Part shown: piece by piece, positions 9,193 to 19,058 of the stretch | Position numbering within the stretch: the stretch's first letter is position 1 | Layout: each line of letters begins with the position of its first letter | Assembly (NCBI GenBank): GCA_011176615.1 | Contig: DUEG01000004.1 | Coordinates: forward strand, 1 to 48,063 | Length of the DNA stretch: 48,063 nt | Origin: Anaerolineae bacterium | GTDB taxonomy: Bacteria; Chloroflexota; Anaerolineae; Anaerolineales; UBA11858 | Direction of reading: 5' to 3' | Translations under genes and position numbers: made by a program | The notes under the pieces: generated by a model | Seen by the model: the letters and a program-made list of their open reading frames with translations, nothing else | Databases searched by the model: none | Told to the model about the DNA's origin: nothing

Positions 9193-10416
9193 TCAAGCCG
9201 CCATCTCTCTACGAACAACCTTGGCAAGTCTAGCAATGCCCTCTTTTATTTTTTCTGGGGTAGCATTGGAGAAATTCATTCGCATCGTGTTCTTCCCTCC
9301 ACCTAGGGGATGGAAATGCTCGCCTGGCACAAATGCTACCTTTTCATCAATCGCTTTGAATAGCAAATCTGTAGCATTCATATTCTCAGGTAGCGTTATC
9401 CATAAGAACATGCCCCCTTTCGGTTTTGTCCACTCAATTCCAGTGGGGAAATTATCTTTGAGGGCTTCTAACATAATATTCCTACGATTACCATAGACAT
9501 CGCGAATGACCTCAATGTGACGGTCTAAAAATCCGTCTTTGAAAACTTCGCAGGCTATCATTTGATTAAATGTTGATGTATGAAGATCAGCGCCCTGTTT
9601 CGCTTGTACTAATTTTTTTAAAACATCTGCGGGAGCAACAACCCAGGCAAGTCTCAATCCTGGAGCCAATATTTTTGAGAAAGTATTAAGGTAAATTACG
9701 TTCCCATTAAATATATGTTTATCATCGTTTCGGTACTGACTATCTAATAAGACAATGGGTGGAATATCCTCGCCTTCATAACGTAACTTCGAGTAAGGGT
9801 CATCCTCAACGATCGGAATACCATACTTGTCCGCCAATTCAACCAAAATCTTACGCCTTTCCAATGACAAGGTCACACCTGTAGGATTTTGAAAATTCGG
9901 GAGAACATAAATGAATTTTGGTCCTTTTCGCAATGCCTCTTCCAAGGCATCGGGGACCATCCCTTGTTCATCCAACGGGACAGGGATATATTCCGCACCA
10001 TAAGCGTTCCATGCCTGCAAAGCGCCAAGATAAGTGGGGGATTCAACTAAGATACGATCTCCAGGGTTGATGAAGATTTTTCCCAACAAATCAAGCGCTT
10101 GTTGGGAGCCCGTAGTGATTATAATATTATCTAGATTCACACCCATTCCACCCCTGTCTGTCATACTAACGAGCATCTCCCTAAGGGGTACAAAACCTTC
10201 TGTTGTACTATATTGTAATGCTTGTGGACCAAAGTCACTTAGCACTCGATTACATGCTTCATTGACTTGTTCCACTGGGAACACATCTGGGGCAGGAAGT
10301 CCACCAGCAAAAGATATTATTTCAGGGTCTTGAGCAAATTTCAATATCTCACGAATGATCGAACTCGACATTCTCTGCGTACGCAGTGCATAACGATATT
10401 CCCACGGGGTAATCAT
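9193..10416 (-). CDS. PLP-dependent aminotransferase, class I/II (2-aminoadipate/aromatic aminotransferase-like)
   Basis: 407 aa. PLP-lysine context NTFSKILAPGLRLAW, plus SPTYLGAL and PNFQNPTG. AGGAG RBS upstream. Confidence 0.85.
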   Translation of the reverse strand: MITPWEYRYALRTQRMSSSIIREILKFAQDPEIISFAGGLPAPDVFPVEQVNEACNRVLSDFGPQALQYSTTEGFVPLREMLVSMTDRGGMGVNLDNIIITTGSQQALDLLGKIFINPGDRILVESPTYLGALQAWNAYGAEYIPVPLDEQGMVPDALEEALRKGPKFIYVLPNFQNPTGVTLSLERRKILVELADKYGIPIVEDDPYSKLRYEGEDIPPIVLLDSQYRNDDKHIFNGNVIYLNTFSKILAPGLRLAWVVAPADVLKKLVQAKQGADLHTSTFNQMIACEVFKDGFLDRHIEVIRDVYGNRRNIMLEALKDNFPTGIEWTKPKGGMFLWITLPENMNATDLLFKAIDEKVAFVPGEHFHPLGGGKNTMRMNFSNATPEKIKEGIARLAKVVRREMAA

Positions 10417-10458
10417 AAAACACTCCTATCATATAAGTTTAATTTTAAAGGACAAACC

Positions 10459-10476
10459 GGCACGTTTTCACGTGCC
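10459..10476 (-). terminator. Weak hairpin downstream of the SHMT-GcvT gene
   Basis: 6-bp stem ggcacg / cgtgcc with a 6-nt loop. On the minus strand it is followed by GGTTTGTCCTTT, which is only moderately U-rich. Confidence 0.4.
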
Positions 10477-10494
10477 AGCAAATCCTAAACCAAT

Positions 10495-13400
10495 TCACAA
10501 TTTCGGAAACCTACTAAGGATAGTAGCCGAAGAAGGTAATATGATTCTATCACCAAAGTGTAACTCGGCTGGGGATTTATTGGTCTTCGGCGGTGCGCCC
10601 TGAAAGATATAAATTTCTGTATCTTTGTCCGTAAAATTTTTATTAACAAATGCCTGTCCCAGCAAATAACCTTCTTTATCTACCGCGCAACTTGTAACCA
10701 CTCCAATGACCTTGCCGCGCCGCTCAACAACAGGATCGCCATGGTGTGCCATACGAACACCTTTTTCATTGAAACGGAATCGAACCACTTCACCTGTACG
10801 CTCGCTTTCTTTTTTCAAATACGCTTCCCGTCCAATAAACCATGGCTTATATGTCTTCACATAAGACCCAAAACCTGCATCTGCCACGCTCAAATTCAAA
10901 TCGCCACCCATCTCATTTCCATATAGTGGCAATCCCGCTTCTGTACGGAGCGAGTCTCTTGCGCCTAATCCACACGGTTTTAGTCCATATTTCTCTCCAG
11001 CTTTTAGAAGGGCTTCAAAAAGATCTTTTGCTTTGTCCGGGTGAACAAATAATTCAAAAGCCATTTTCTCACCCGTATACCCAGTTCGCGAGACAATCAA
11101 ATCAAAACCCCCGACAAAGGCATCACACAAGTTCGTTCTGTTTAGTTTTAATATTTTTTTACGCGCTTCATTATCAGCGCCCAATGCTAATAGAATATCT
11201 CGCGATCGAGGTCCTTGCAGAGCAATATCAACGCGCATATCATCCCCCTCTTTTGGATCACGCAAATTTCTTAAGACAACTCCTCGACCAAATGCCTTTG
11301 ACCAAGGTCGCACTTTATCCACCAGCACCTTCCCCTCACGAACAGCATTTAACCATTTCCAGTCTTTATCATCATTGGATGCATTGACAACCACCAAGTA
11401 TTTATCTTTATCTCGATGATAAATCAAGAGATCATCAATCACATTTGCGTCAGGATCTAAGAAATGGGTGTATAACGACTCACCTACAGCCAATGAACTT
11501 ATATCGTTTCCACAAACACTGTCCAAAAAGGTCATCGCATCAGGTCCTTCTGCCTGATAAACGCCCATATGTGCAACATCAAAGAGCCCTGCTGTATTGC
11601 GTACAGCAAGATGTTCATCGACAACAGACGAGTACCATACTGGCATCTCCCACCCAGCAAATGTCACCATCTTCGCGCCTAATTCAACATGTAAATTGTA
11701 AAGCGGCGTGCGTTGCAGTTTCGCTTCAGGTTCAACATACTCAAATGATGGCAGGGGTTCCCCCTTCCGATTCTCTATTCCAATAAAGTATGGTTTCGAA
11801 TATCCTTTTGAAATCGGATTATCTTTCTTGTCGCCCATCTGTTTTTCAGTGGGCTCATCTTTTGATGGGACTACAGCCACTGGACCAGGTATTTTTCTTG
11901 ATATATCCTCACCAATTTTTATATACCCATCAGATATATCTGTTAACCACACAGCAACCAAAGACCCCTGTGAGGCAGGTACACTCAACTGAAATAGGAA
12001 ATCATCTTTGACCGTGAGCATTCCTTCAATGCTTCCATCTGGGGTATTTATTGTTGTCGGTTGAGTATCTCCGGATTTCATTTCATCAATACTTACACTA
12101 AGAACATAATTCAAATATTCTCTAACTTTTACCCCGCGAATATCAAAAGTAATCCAATCCCCTTTATACGTTTGATCAAGATAATAATAGTGACCCACGT
12201 GGCTTTGTATCGGTTCAAAATCTATTCCTGCAGATAACGCAAGATTACGTGCCTTGATTTTATTTTGTTCAAGAACGTCAAAATCAACTTTCGCACGTAA
12301 TTTTCTGCCCTGATAGAATGGTTTTGTCGCAGTCAGAACATCTCCGATAATATCAGCCAGAACTGTCATTTCCTTTTCTTTGAACCCGCGTTGGGTAACC
12401 CAAGGTGTTCCCATTCTAATTCCTGATGGATTTCTTGCCGATTTGTCTCCAGGGATTGTGTTGCGGTTGACGACTATTCCAGCGATATCAAGGATCCTTG
12501 CTGCCATATCGCCAGTTAGCCAAGCACCATGCTCGCCAGTGATTGATCTGAGATTCAAGTTCATTAAATGCGTATTTGTTCCACCAAAAGCAATGCTTAA
12601 ACCACGTTTTTCTAAATGGTCAGTAAATACCTTGCAATTTGTCAGGATCTGCTTCTGCAAAGCCTTAAACTGAGGGGTTTTTGCTAATTTAAAAGCAACA
12701 GCCATCGCCGTAAAAACATTCACATGAGGTCCACCCTGCTCGCCTGGAAAAACAGCGCGATCTAACTTGCGCGCTAATGTTTTATGAGGCGTTAGAATGA
12801 TTGCGCCTCTTGGACCACAGAGCGTTTTATGAGTAGTAAATGTAATCACATCCGCGTAACCTACGGGCGATGGATAAACACCCGCAGCAACTAGTCCAGC
12901 CACATGAGCAATATCTGCGAACAAGTATGCTCCAACTTTGTCAGCAATGGCACGGAACTTTTCCCAATCCAATTTCCAGGGGTAAGAAGAAACCCCCGCT
13001 ATGATCATCTTAGGTTTATGTTCAAGTGCAAGGGCTTCGACTTCATCATAGTCAATTTGCTCTGTATTCTTGTCCACAGAATAGGAAACGATATTGTAAT
13101 ACTGTCCAGAGCGATTTACTGGCGATCCATGCGATAGATGCCCCCCTACTAACAAATTCATCCCCATCACCGTGTCACCCAATTCGACCAATGCATGATA
13201 GACCGCATTATTTGCCGGCCCTCCAGATAGGGCTTGAACATTCACATATAAATCATCAGCGTTCAAGCCATTCGTGGCGAAAACCTCAGCACACCTTCTT
13301 CTCGCTAATTCTTCAGCGATATCTGCAAATTCAACACCCTTGTAATATCGGGGGTCTGAGAACCGTCGAAACTCAGCCAACCTTAAGTCGTAATCTAGGA

Positions 13401-13620
13401 TCTCTTCTTCTGAAAATTTTCGGGATGATCGATATGGATAACCTTCCGCATAAATATTCTGAAATGGGGAAGCCAAAGCTTCCCGCACAGCAATTGGGCT
13501 AGAGCTTTCACTTGGGACAAGTATAATCTTCCGATATTGTCTTTCCCCCTCAATATTTGACAGAAAATTCACATCTGGATCAATCTCCGATAAAGGTCCT
13601 CTGAAAAGGAAATCTGGCAT
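10495..13620 (-). CDS. glyA-gcvT: Fusion protein: serine hydroxymethyltransferase (N) + GcvT-like partial module + complete aminomethyltransferase GcvT (C)
   Basis: 1041-aa uninterrupted ORF with a GGGAG RBS. SHMT motifs at aa 1-465: YAEGYP, GGHLSHG and [12 protein letters not shown] (PLP Lys about aa 265). GcvT motifs at aa 634-1041: [44 protein letters not shown] and [18 protein letters not shown], plus a C-terminal barrel. Confidence 0.85.
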   Translation of the reverse strand: MPDFLFRGPLSEIDPDVNFLSNIEGERQYRKIILVPSESSSPIAVREALASPFQNIYAEGYPYRSSRKFSEEEILDYDLRLAEFRRFSDPRYYKGVEFADIAEELARRRCAEVFATNGLNADDLYVNVQALSGGPANNAVYHALVELGDTVMGMNLLVGGHLSHGSPVNRSGQYYNIVSYSVDKNTEQIDYDEVEALALEHKPKMIIAGVSSYPWKLDWEKFRAIADKVGAYLFADIAHVAGLVAAGVYPSPVGYADVITFTTHKTLCGPRGAIILTPHKTLARKLDRAVFPGEQGGPHVNVFTAMAVAFKLAKTPQFKALQKQILTNCKVFTDHLEKRGLSIAFGGTNTHLMNLNLRSITGEHGAWLTGDMAARILDIAGIVVNRNTIPGDKSARNPSGIRMGTPWVTQRGFKEKEMTVLADIIGDVLTATKPFYQGRKLRAKVDFDVLEQNKIKARNLALSAGIDFEPIQSHVGHYYYLDQTYKGDWITFDIRGVKVREYLNYVLSVSIDEMKSGDTQPTTINTPDGSIEGMLTVKDDFLFQLSVPASQGSLVAVWLTDISDGYIKIGEDISRKIPGPVAVVPSKDEPTEKQMGDKKDNPISKGYSKPYFIGIENRKGEPLPSFEYVEPEAKLQRTPLYNLHVELGAKMVTFAGWEMPVWYSSVVDEHLAVRNTAGLFDVAHMGVYQAEGPDAMTFLDSVCGNDISSLAVGESLYTHFLDPDANVIDDLLIYHRDKDKYLVVVNASNDDKDWKWLNAVREGKVLVDKVRPWSKAFGRGVVLRNLRDPKEGDDMRVDIALQGPRSRDILLALGADNEARKKILKLNRTNLCDAFVGGFDLIVSRTGYTGEKMAFELFVHPDKAKDLFEALLKAGEKYGLKPCGLGARDSLRTEAGLPLYGNEMGGDLNLSVADAGFGSYVKTYKPWFIGREAYLKKESERTGEVVRFRFNEKGVRMAHHGDPVVERRGKVIGVVTSCAVDKEGYLLGQAFVNKNFTDKDTEIYIFQGAPPKTNKSPAELHFGDRIILPSSATILSRFPKL

Positions 13621-13677
13621 TTTTTTATCTCCCTAAAAGAAATTATGTTGAATACATTTCAATTGTCTGACAACTTC

Positions 13678-13706
13678 ATTTTAGTATTTTGAAACAATAA
13701 GGTCAA
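13678..13706 (-). promoter_or_regulatory. Sigma70-type promoter for the SHMT-GcvT gene
   Basis: On the minus strand: TTGACC, a 17-nt spacer, then TAAAAT, about 55 nt upstream of the ATG. I recognise no riboswitch-like element in the short leader. Confidence 0.5.
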
Positions 13707-13769
13707 GTAACAAATGATACCCTTCTCAAAGATTAGTATCCAGTTGTTCAGGTTTTTTCTGTAATTATC

Positions 13770-14648
13770 TCATCCTTTTAAAAAAGAAATAATTTTGGGA
13801 TTGGCTTCTTCAGGATGCTCGTAATGTGGTATATGCCCGCTATTCTCTATTAATAAGTGTTCAGCATTTGGGATTTCTTTTAAGAATAAATCCAAATGCT
13901 CATAAGGTACAGCCTTATCTTCCTTTCCCCAAATTATCAATACATCTTTCCCTAAATGACCAATTTTTTTGAATTCTTCCGTAAAATCTTGCAACATTCC
14001 ATTTCGAATAGTAGATAACAAGGCGCGTTTAAAGCCTCTATACTGCATTTGCTCTCTGTAACGTTCAAGGAAGACATTAATTTCCTTCTGATCGAAAAAA
14101 TCCGCTGCAATTCCCTCTACAAGTTTTCCATTGCCAACAAGACTAAAAGCAATCTCACCTATTATCGGAGCCATAAGAAAGCGAAAATACCAGGGAGTAT
14201 TAATTAGATGTCCTGCTGAGTCTATTAAAACAATCTTATCCACAAGATCTGGATATTGATTCGTAAAACAAGCCACGATGATACCGCCTAACGACAAACC
14301 CACCAAGTTCACAGGTGTTGATAAAGATAAGTTATCAATTAGCCCATACAATTGTTTTGTGAAAAGATTTACATCATTTTTTAATTTTGGTCTATCTGAA
14401 TATCCCCGTCCAAATAGATCGTAACGCAAAACATTGAAGCCTGTATTTCTGAGTGCATCAAACGTAGGGTCCCACACATAATAAGGTACCGAAAAACCAT
14501 GGACAAGAATTACGGGAGAATTTTTTATTACCCCCGCCATTTCATAATGGGTAATTCCATCTGATAATCTGATGAATTTACCGGGCGCGGTATCTCTTAC
14601 CTGTGAGTTTATTGATTTAGTTTCCCCTCGGTATGGGAAGAAATGCAT
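13770..14648 (-). CDS. Alpha/beta-fold hydrolase
   Basis: 292 aa with the oxyanion region ILVHGF, the nucleophile elbow GLSLGG and a C-terminal GHIPHYE. Confidence 0.8.
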   Translation of the reverse strand: MHFFPYRGETKSINSQVRDTAPGKFIRLSDGITHYEMAGVIKNSPVILVHGFSVPYYVWDPTFDALRNTGFNVLRYDLFGRGYSDRPKLKNDVNLFTKQLYGLIDNLSLSTPVNLVGLSLGGIIVACFTNQYPDLVDKIVLIDSAGHLINTPWYFRFLMAPIIGEIAFSLVGNGKLVEGIAADFFDQKEINVFLERYREQMQYRGFKRALLSTIRNGMLQDFTEEFKKIGHLGKDVLIIWGKEDKAVPYEHLDLFLKEIPNAEHLLIENSGHIPHYEHPEEANPKIISFLKG

Positions 14649-14677
14649 CTGAAATTTCTCGACAAAATTTTTAATCT

Positions 14678-16888
14678 CTATATTTTCCCTAAACCTCTCA
14701 ATACGCGTTCAGGAGTTAGAGGAAATTCGTCAAAATAAATACCTATCGCATCATAGACTGCATCTATTATCGCAGGTGCGGTTGGAAGAAATGGCATCTC
14801 TCCCATTCCCCGTGCTCCCCAAGGTCCTCTCGGATCTGGATATTCCAGAATTACCGATTGAATCCTATCCGGGATATCTAAGATACCCGGAACCAGATAG
14901 GTCGAGAGATCAGGCGTGAGAACATAACCGTTTTTCTCGACAAAGTTTTCCAAAATTGTGTAGCCAATCGCCTGGACAACAGCCCCTTCAATCTGTCCTT
15001 CAACTTGTTGAGGATTAATCGCTCTTCCAACATCATCTACCGATATTACATTACGTATGAAAATCTGACCAGTATCTGTATCAACATCTAAAGAGACTGC
15101 TTGCGCAACATATCCATATGCGAAATTGGGTGTTGATTTTCCTGTTTCTGAATCATATGGGGTTGTCTTCGGAGGCCAATACTGATATCGTCCAATGGCT
15201 GGGCGCTCCCCGTCATTCCATTTTTCTAGTGCCAGATTAGCCGCGCCCCTTATGGAATTACCCGCCATAAAGGTCATTCTAGATGCAGAAACGCTACCTG
15301 AATTATCTGTATTGGCTGTATCTGAAACGATTAATTCAACTTGCCCGTATGGAACACCAATCGCTTCCGCTACCATCTGAGCAATTACCGTATGCGTTCC
15401 TTGCCCCACCTCTGCAGCAGCGTGGCGAACAACCACTCGATCTATGTCGGTTTTTCCATACAACTCAATTGTCGCCCACGCATTCTCCGGTGCCCCAAAA
15501 GAAAATCCTACATTTTTATAACCACATGCAAAACCCAAACCTCTTTTAAGGTTAGATTCTCTTGGTTGTGAGATATGAGGTTTTATCCATCCACTATCTC
15601 CCTTAACCCAACCTGCTTCCTGGGCGCATTTCTCAACTACCTGTGGCATGCTCACCACCGGTGGCAATGGCGTGCCAACTGATAATAACGAGCCTTCCCT
15701 GAGCACATTCTTCATGCGGATTTCGACTGGATCCATTCCAAGTGCATCCGCTAATTTATTCATTTGTGCCTCAGCAGCGAAAAGACCTTGTGGACCACCA
15801 AATCCCCGAAAAGCCCCTCCAGGGATATTGTTCGTATAAACAGCATATCCATCAACTTTTACATTGGGAATCTCATAAGGTCCTGTACACATTAAGGTTG
15901 CGTTACCAAGAACCTTAGTAGATGTATAAGCATATGCACCCCCGTCCTCAACTAACTCTACATCAGCGGCGATGACTCTTCCATCTTTCGTCGCCCCCCA
16001 TCGAGTTCGGATCACATAAGGGTGCCTTTTATGATGACCAATGATCGATTCTTCACGACTCCAGACAATTTTTACTGGTCTATCGATATTATGTTGTTGA
16101 AGCCACAAAACAGCCAACCCTAATACAATTTGCACAGACATATCCTCGCGTCCGCCAAACGCCCCCCCAATAGCAGGGTATATGACGCGCACTTTTTCTT
16201 CAGGTAATCCTAAAGCATGGGCAATTTGTTCTTGGTCTTCATGAGCCCATTGTCCCCCAACGACCACCGTGACACGACCCTTCTCGTCAATGTATCCAAT
16301 ACCCGCTTCTGGTTGTAAAAAGACATGCTCTTGAACGGGTGTTCGAAATTCGCTTTCAACAACAACATCAGCGTGTGAAAACCCTTCCTCCCAATCCCCT
16401 TTTCTTATTCGGTAATGGCAAAAGATATTCGAATCCTTATCGGGGTGGAGTAAAAGGGCATCTTTTTTCATTGAAACTAATGGATCTGTAATAACTGGCA
16501 AGTCATCATAGATAACTTTAATTTGTTTTCTGGCTTTGATAGCAATTTCTTCAGATTCAGCAATAACTAACGCCACTTGATCGCCCACAAAACGCACATG
16601 GTCAGCATACGGTTTGCTAGAACCTGGCCCGCATAACACTGGTTGATCCGGCATAACCAAACCATATTCATTTACCGGCACATCCTTAGCTGTCAGAACC
16701 GCCACAACGCCTTTAATAGTTTCGGCTTTGCTTATATCGATTTCACGAATAATTGCATGGGGGTGTTCAGCAAATAAGACCTTCATGTAAAGTTGGTTTG
16801 GATAATTAAAATCCCCAGGATACGATGCTTTCCCTGTAACTTTATCCAAAGCATCTACTCGTCGAATTGATTTACCAATGCTTTGCAT
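14678..16888 (-). CDS. Xanthine dehydrogenase/aldehyde oxidase family molybdopterin-binding large subunit
   Basis: 736 aa with RVDALDKVTGKA.Y, GGAFGGRED, GGAFRGFGGPQ and MGEMP, typical of CoxL/XdhA-type Mo hydroxylases. GGGAG RBS upstream. Confidence 0.9.
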   Translation of the reverse strand: MQSIGKSIRRVDALDKVTGKASYPGDFNYPNQLYMKVLFAEHPHAIIREIDISKAETIKGVVAVLTAKDVPVNEYGLVMPDQPVLCGPGSSKPYADHVRFVGDQVALVIAESEEIAIKARKQIKVIYDDLPVITDPLVSMKKDALLLHPDKDSNIFCHYRIRKGDWEEGFSHADVVVESEFRTPVQEHVFLQPEAGIGYIDEKGRVTVVVGGQWAHEDQEQIAHALGLPEEKVRVIYPAIGGAFGGREDMSVQIVLGLAVLWLQQHNIDRPVKIVWSREESIIGHHKRHPYVIRTRWGATKDGRVIAADVELVEDGGAYAYTSTKVLGNATLMCTGPYEIPNVKVDGYAVYTNNIPGGAFRGFGGPQGLFAAEAQMNKLADALGMDPVEIRMKNVLREGSLLSVGTPLPPVVSMPQVVEKCAQEAGWVKGDSGWIKPHISQPRESNLKRGLGFACGYKNVGFSFGAPENAWATIELYGKTDIDRVVVRHAAAEVGQGTHTVIAQMVAEAIGVPYGQVELIVSDTANTDNSGSVSASRMTFMAGNSIRGAANLALEKWNDGERPAIGRYQYWPPKTTPYDSETGKSTPNFAYGYVAQAVSLDVDTDTGQIFIRNVISVDDVGRAINPQQVEGQIEGAVVQAIGYTILENFVEKNGYVLTPDLSTYLVPGILDIPDRIQSVILEYPDPRGPWGARGMGEMPFLPTAPAIIDAVYDAIGIYFDEFPLTPERVLRGLGKI

Positions 16889-16911
16889 ATAACGCTCCCT
16901 AGTTAAATGAC

Positions 16912-18624
16912 CTACTTTCCAGACAACCTGCTGCGTTCATAATTTAATATCCTTCGTAGAATTGCAACCGTCGTCGCATATGTTGGATCCATCCCGAAGT
17001 ATGACAGCGTTCCAACACCAAGATTTTTCCCTTTGCTCAAAGGAGTATCTGAAGCATAATGTAATATTCCTAAATCAAAAGGTAATTTATATAGATTCAC
17101 GATCTCGTCACTTGGGTGGCGCTTTGGTCGATACATTTCATAAATTGCAGATAAAAATGGCCCTGCTTCCATCTCAATAACGGTGTACCCCTCTCGATAA
17201 AACACATCCATATAGGTAGCATTTTGCAAGAATGTGCCTCTAACTGATACCGCTTTTTGGTTATCCAGAACTGAGCTGTAAACCAGGAAAGGCACTACAT
17301 CTTTTGCCTCGAACGCATTTGAAAATATATATGTATTCAGAGAATGTTCATCATGGACAACATTTGGAATCAGAACATCCCCTATCGCTCCATTTAGCGT
17401 TGCTGATTTCCCCATAATATAAACCCCGAGAACATTTCCAACGTGGTCAGACACCTCACTTAGTATGTTATATGCCGCTAGTCCTAAGGGATAGTCTATA
17501 TTTAATATTAATGCATCGCTTTTCGCCAAGATTCCATAGTCTCCCTCGTATAAACGCGGATCCATTCTATTGGGATTAAGTTTGGACAAATTAATAACTT
17601 GGGAATCGACGTCAAAAAAATGTTTACTATTAATTCTAACGATCCCGCCATCTATTTCAAATTGATTTCGTTTTTCCTTTAATCTTCCGCCCTCTTCAGT
17701 TTGCATATATTTTTTTAAAGCATAATAAAGAAAATTCTCTTGACTTGAGGGAACGCTTTGTGTCTGAATATCCTCCCATTCCTTTTTTAAACCTTGATCA
17801 CCGGAAAGATTAAGATAGTCTATCAAATCCTGTTGTATCGATAATGCAAACCCAGAGAGCAAATTTACCAAACTATGTATATTGCTGGAAACAAAATATA
17901 CTGGTCTATCCCGTAGGTCAGGATAATGATCTTCGATATTGTTCCACCAGGAATGGGTTGCTCTTCTATACTCACTTAAAGAACCGCTAAGGAGACGAAT
18001 ATTTAATCGTAATTCTTTCTGTCTTACTTGTATAATATTTTCAACAAACTCATCTCCCCATATCTTTTTTAGCCTGAGAATATCTTCTATTGACATTTTT
18101 AAGAATTCTGCCAATTGAGGTAGATTTCCTTCGTCATTAATTTTTTTATCGGAAAAAAATGTTTCAGGAATAGAAATTAACAACCTGTGTAATTTGTTCC
18201 ACTCTATTTGATATGCTGTTAACATCGGGACAATATCGTCAATATCAGACCTACTTGCAATCACGCATGCGAGAATTTCCTTCCCATCGTAAAAACATCG
18301 CCGTCGACGTGCGACTGCTGACACAGATTGCCAGTCCTCAACATTACCAACACCCCCTCTCATAAAAACTTTTGCGCTCTGCCCTAATACAATTACTCTG
18401 GCATTTTTAACACAATCAGGCAGACGCAATAAACTATAAATGAAAGCCGATAAATCAGGATTAATATTCCTTACTCCTGTGTGAAGTAAGGAGTTCATAC
18501 CCGAATGCACTTCTTCTAATGTCTTAACCTGTACTTCTGAAGTCGAGCGCAAAAGAGAATAATATGTTCGTAAATATAATTCGACTTCTTCTGATGCTGT
18601 ATAAGGTACGGTGCGTTCCATCAT
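16912..18624 (-). CDS. Hypothetical protein with a C-terminal PNP/UDP-phosphorylase-fold domain resembling AMP nucleosidase (Amn)
   Basis: 570-aa ORF. The C-terminal ~200 aa has IMGKSATLNGAIGDVLIPNVVHDEH, VIEMEAGPF and HYASDTPLSKG. By eye these parallel E. coli Amn (GHCGGL...IGDYVLAHAYLRDDH, IDMESATI, CVSDKPLHG). I do not recognise the N-terminal ~370 aa. Confidence 0.5.
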   Translation of the reverse strand: MMERTVPYTASEEVELYLRTYYSLLRSTSEVQVKTLEEVHSGMNSLLHTGVRNINPDLSAFIYSLLRLPDCVKNARVIVLGQSAKVFMRGGVGNVEDWQSVSAVARRRRCFYDGKEILACVIASRSDIDDIVPMLTAYQIEWNKLHRLLISIPETFFSDKKINDEGNLPQLAEFLKMSIEDILRLKKIWGDEFVENIIQVRQKELRLNIRLLSGSLSEYRRATHSWWNNIEDHYPDLRDRPVYFVSSNIHSLVNLLSGFALSIQQDLIDYLNLSGDQGLKKEWEDIQTQSVPSSQENFLYYALKKYMQTEEGGRLKEKRNQFEIDGGIVRINSKHFFDVDSQVINLSKLNPNRMDPRLYEGDYGILAKSDALILNIDYPLGLAAYNILSEVSDHVGNVLGVYIMGKSATLNGAIGDVLIPNVVHDEHSLNTYIFSNAFEAKDVVPFLVYSSVLDNQKAVSVRGTFLQNATYMDVFYREGYTVIEMEAGPFLSAIYEMYRPKRHPSDEIVNLYKLPFDLGILHYASDTPLSKGKNLGVGTLSYFGMDPTYATTVAILRRILNYERSRLSGK

Positions 18625-18689
18625 GATCTAATTATAATCGCAAGCATAAAGGTTTCCTTTTAAACTTCTACCAGAATTAAACGATTTTT

Positions 18690-19052
18690 TTATCGTTTCC
18701 TACGCCTTACTTTCTTGGGAGGCGGAGCATCCAAAGGACCATAACGCGGTGGACCAATGATCCGATAGAAGAGTGCATAAATAGTAAATATAACAGTAAA
18801 GCCCAGAATAACAAGCAATCCAGTTGAAACAAGATACGCATACAGAAATGGATATTGCGAGGGACCGGTTAATTCATGTGGAATCATAATCCATTGATGT
18901 AATTCATTTGCATCTACGATAAGTACGGATCCAGCATAAGAAATAATTGGCAAGAGAACAATTAATAAACAACCTATCCCTCGCCAAATCGGATGAACTT
19001 GCGTTTTAGGTTTTTCGTCTTGTCTAACATCATATCTTCGATGCATACTCAT
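18690..19052 (-). CDS. Small two-TM membrane protein with a basic C-terminal tail
   Basis: 120 aa with two hydrophobic helices and the C-terminus PPPKKVRRRKR. A GGGAG RBS lies inside the end of the upstream gene. Tightly packed within the operon. Confidence 0.6.
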   Translation of the reverse strand: MSMHRRYDVRQDEKPKTQVHPIWRGIGCLLIVLLPIISYAGSVLIVDANELHQWIMIPHELTGPSQYPFLYAYLVSTGLLVILGFTVIFTIYALFYRIIGPPRYGPLDAPPPKKVRRRKR

Positions 19053-19058
19053 TATGTG

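Noticed and set aside
10741-13502. Several long plus-strand ORFs (for example 10842-11387, 11445-11786, 13026-13502) inside the SHMT-GcvT gene. Similar antisense ORFs lie at 7139-7489, 23103-23528, 26020-26370 and 21645-21971.
   Set aside because: All lie antisense to, or out of frame with, strongly supported genes. They have odd composition (His/Gln/Leu/Ser-rich), no RBS and no recognisable motifs. They are typical shadow ORFs.
18625-18689. TATAAT box 6 nt upstream of the ATG of the 570-aa gene, suggesting a second leaderless transcript
   Set aside because: There is no acceptable -35 element at 16-19 nt. The gene sits in the middle of a tightly packed operon, so read-through transcription is more likely.
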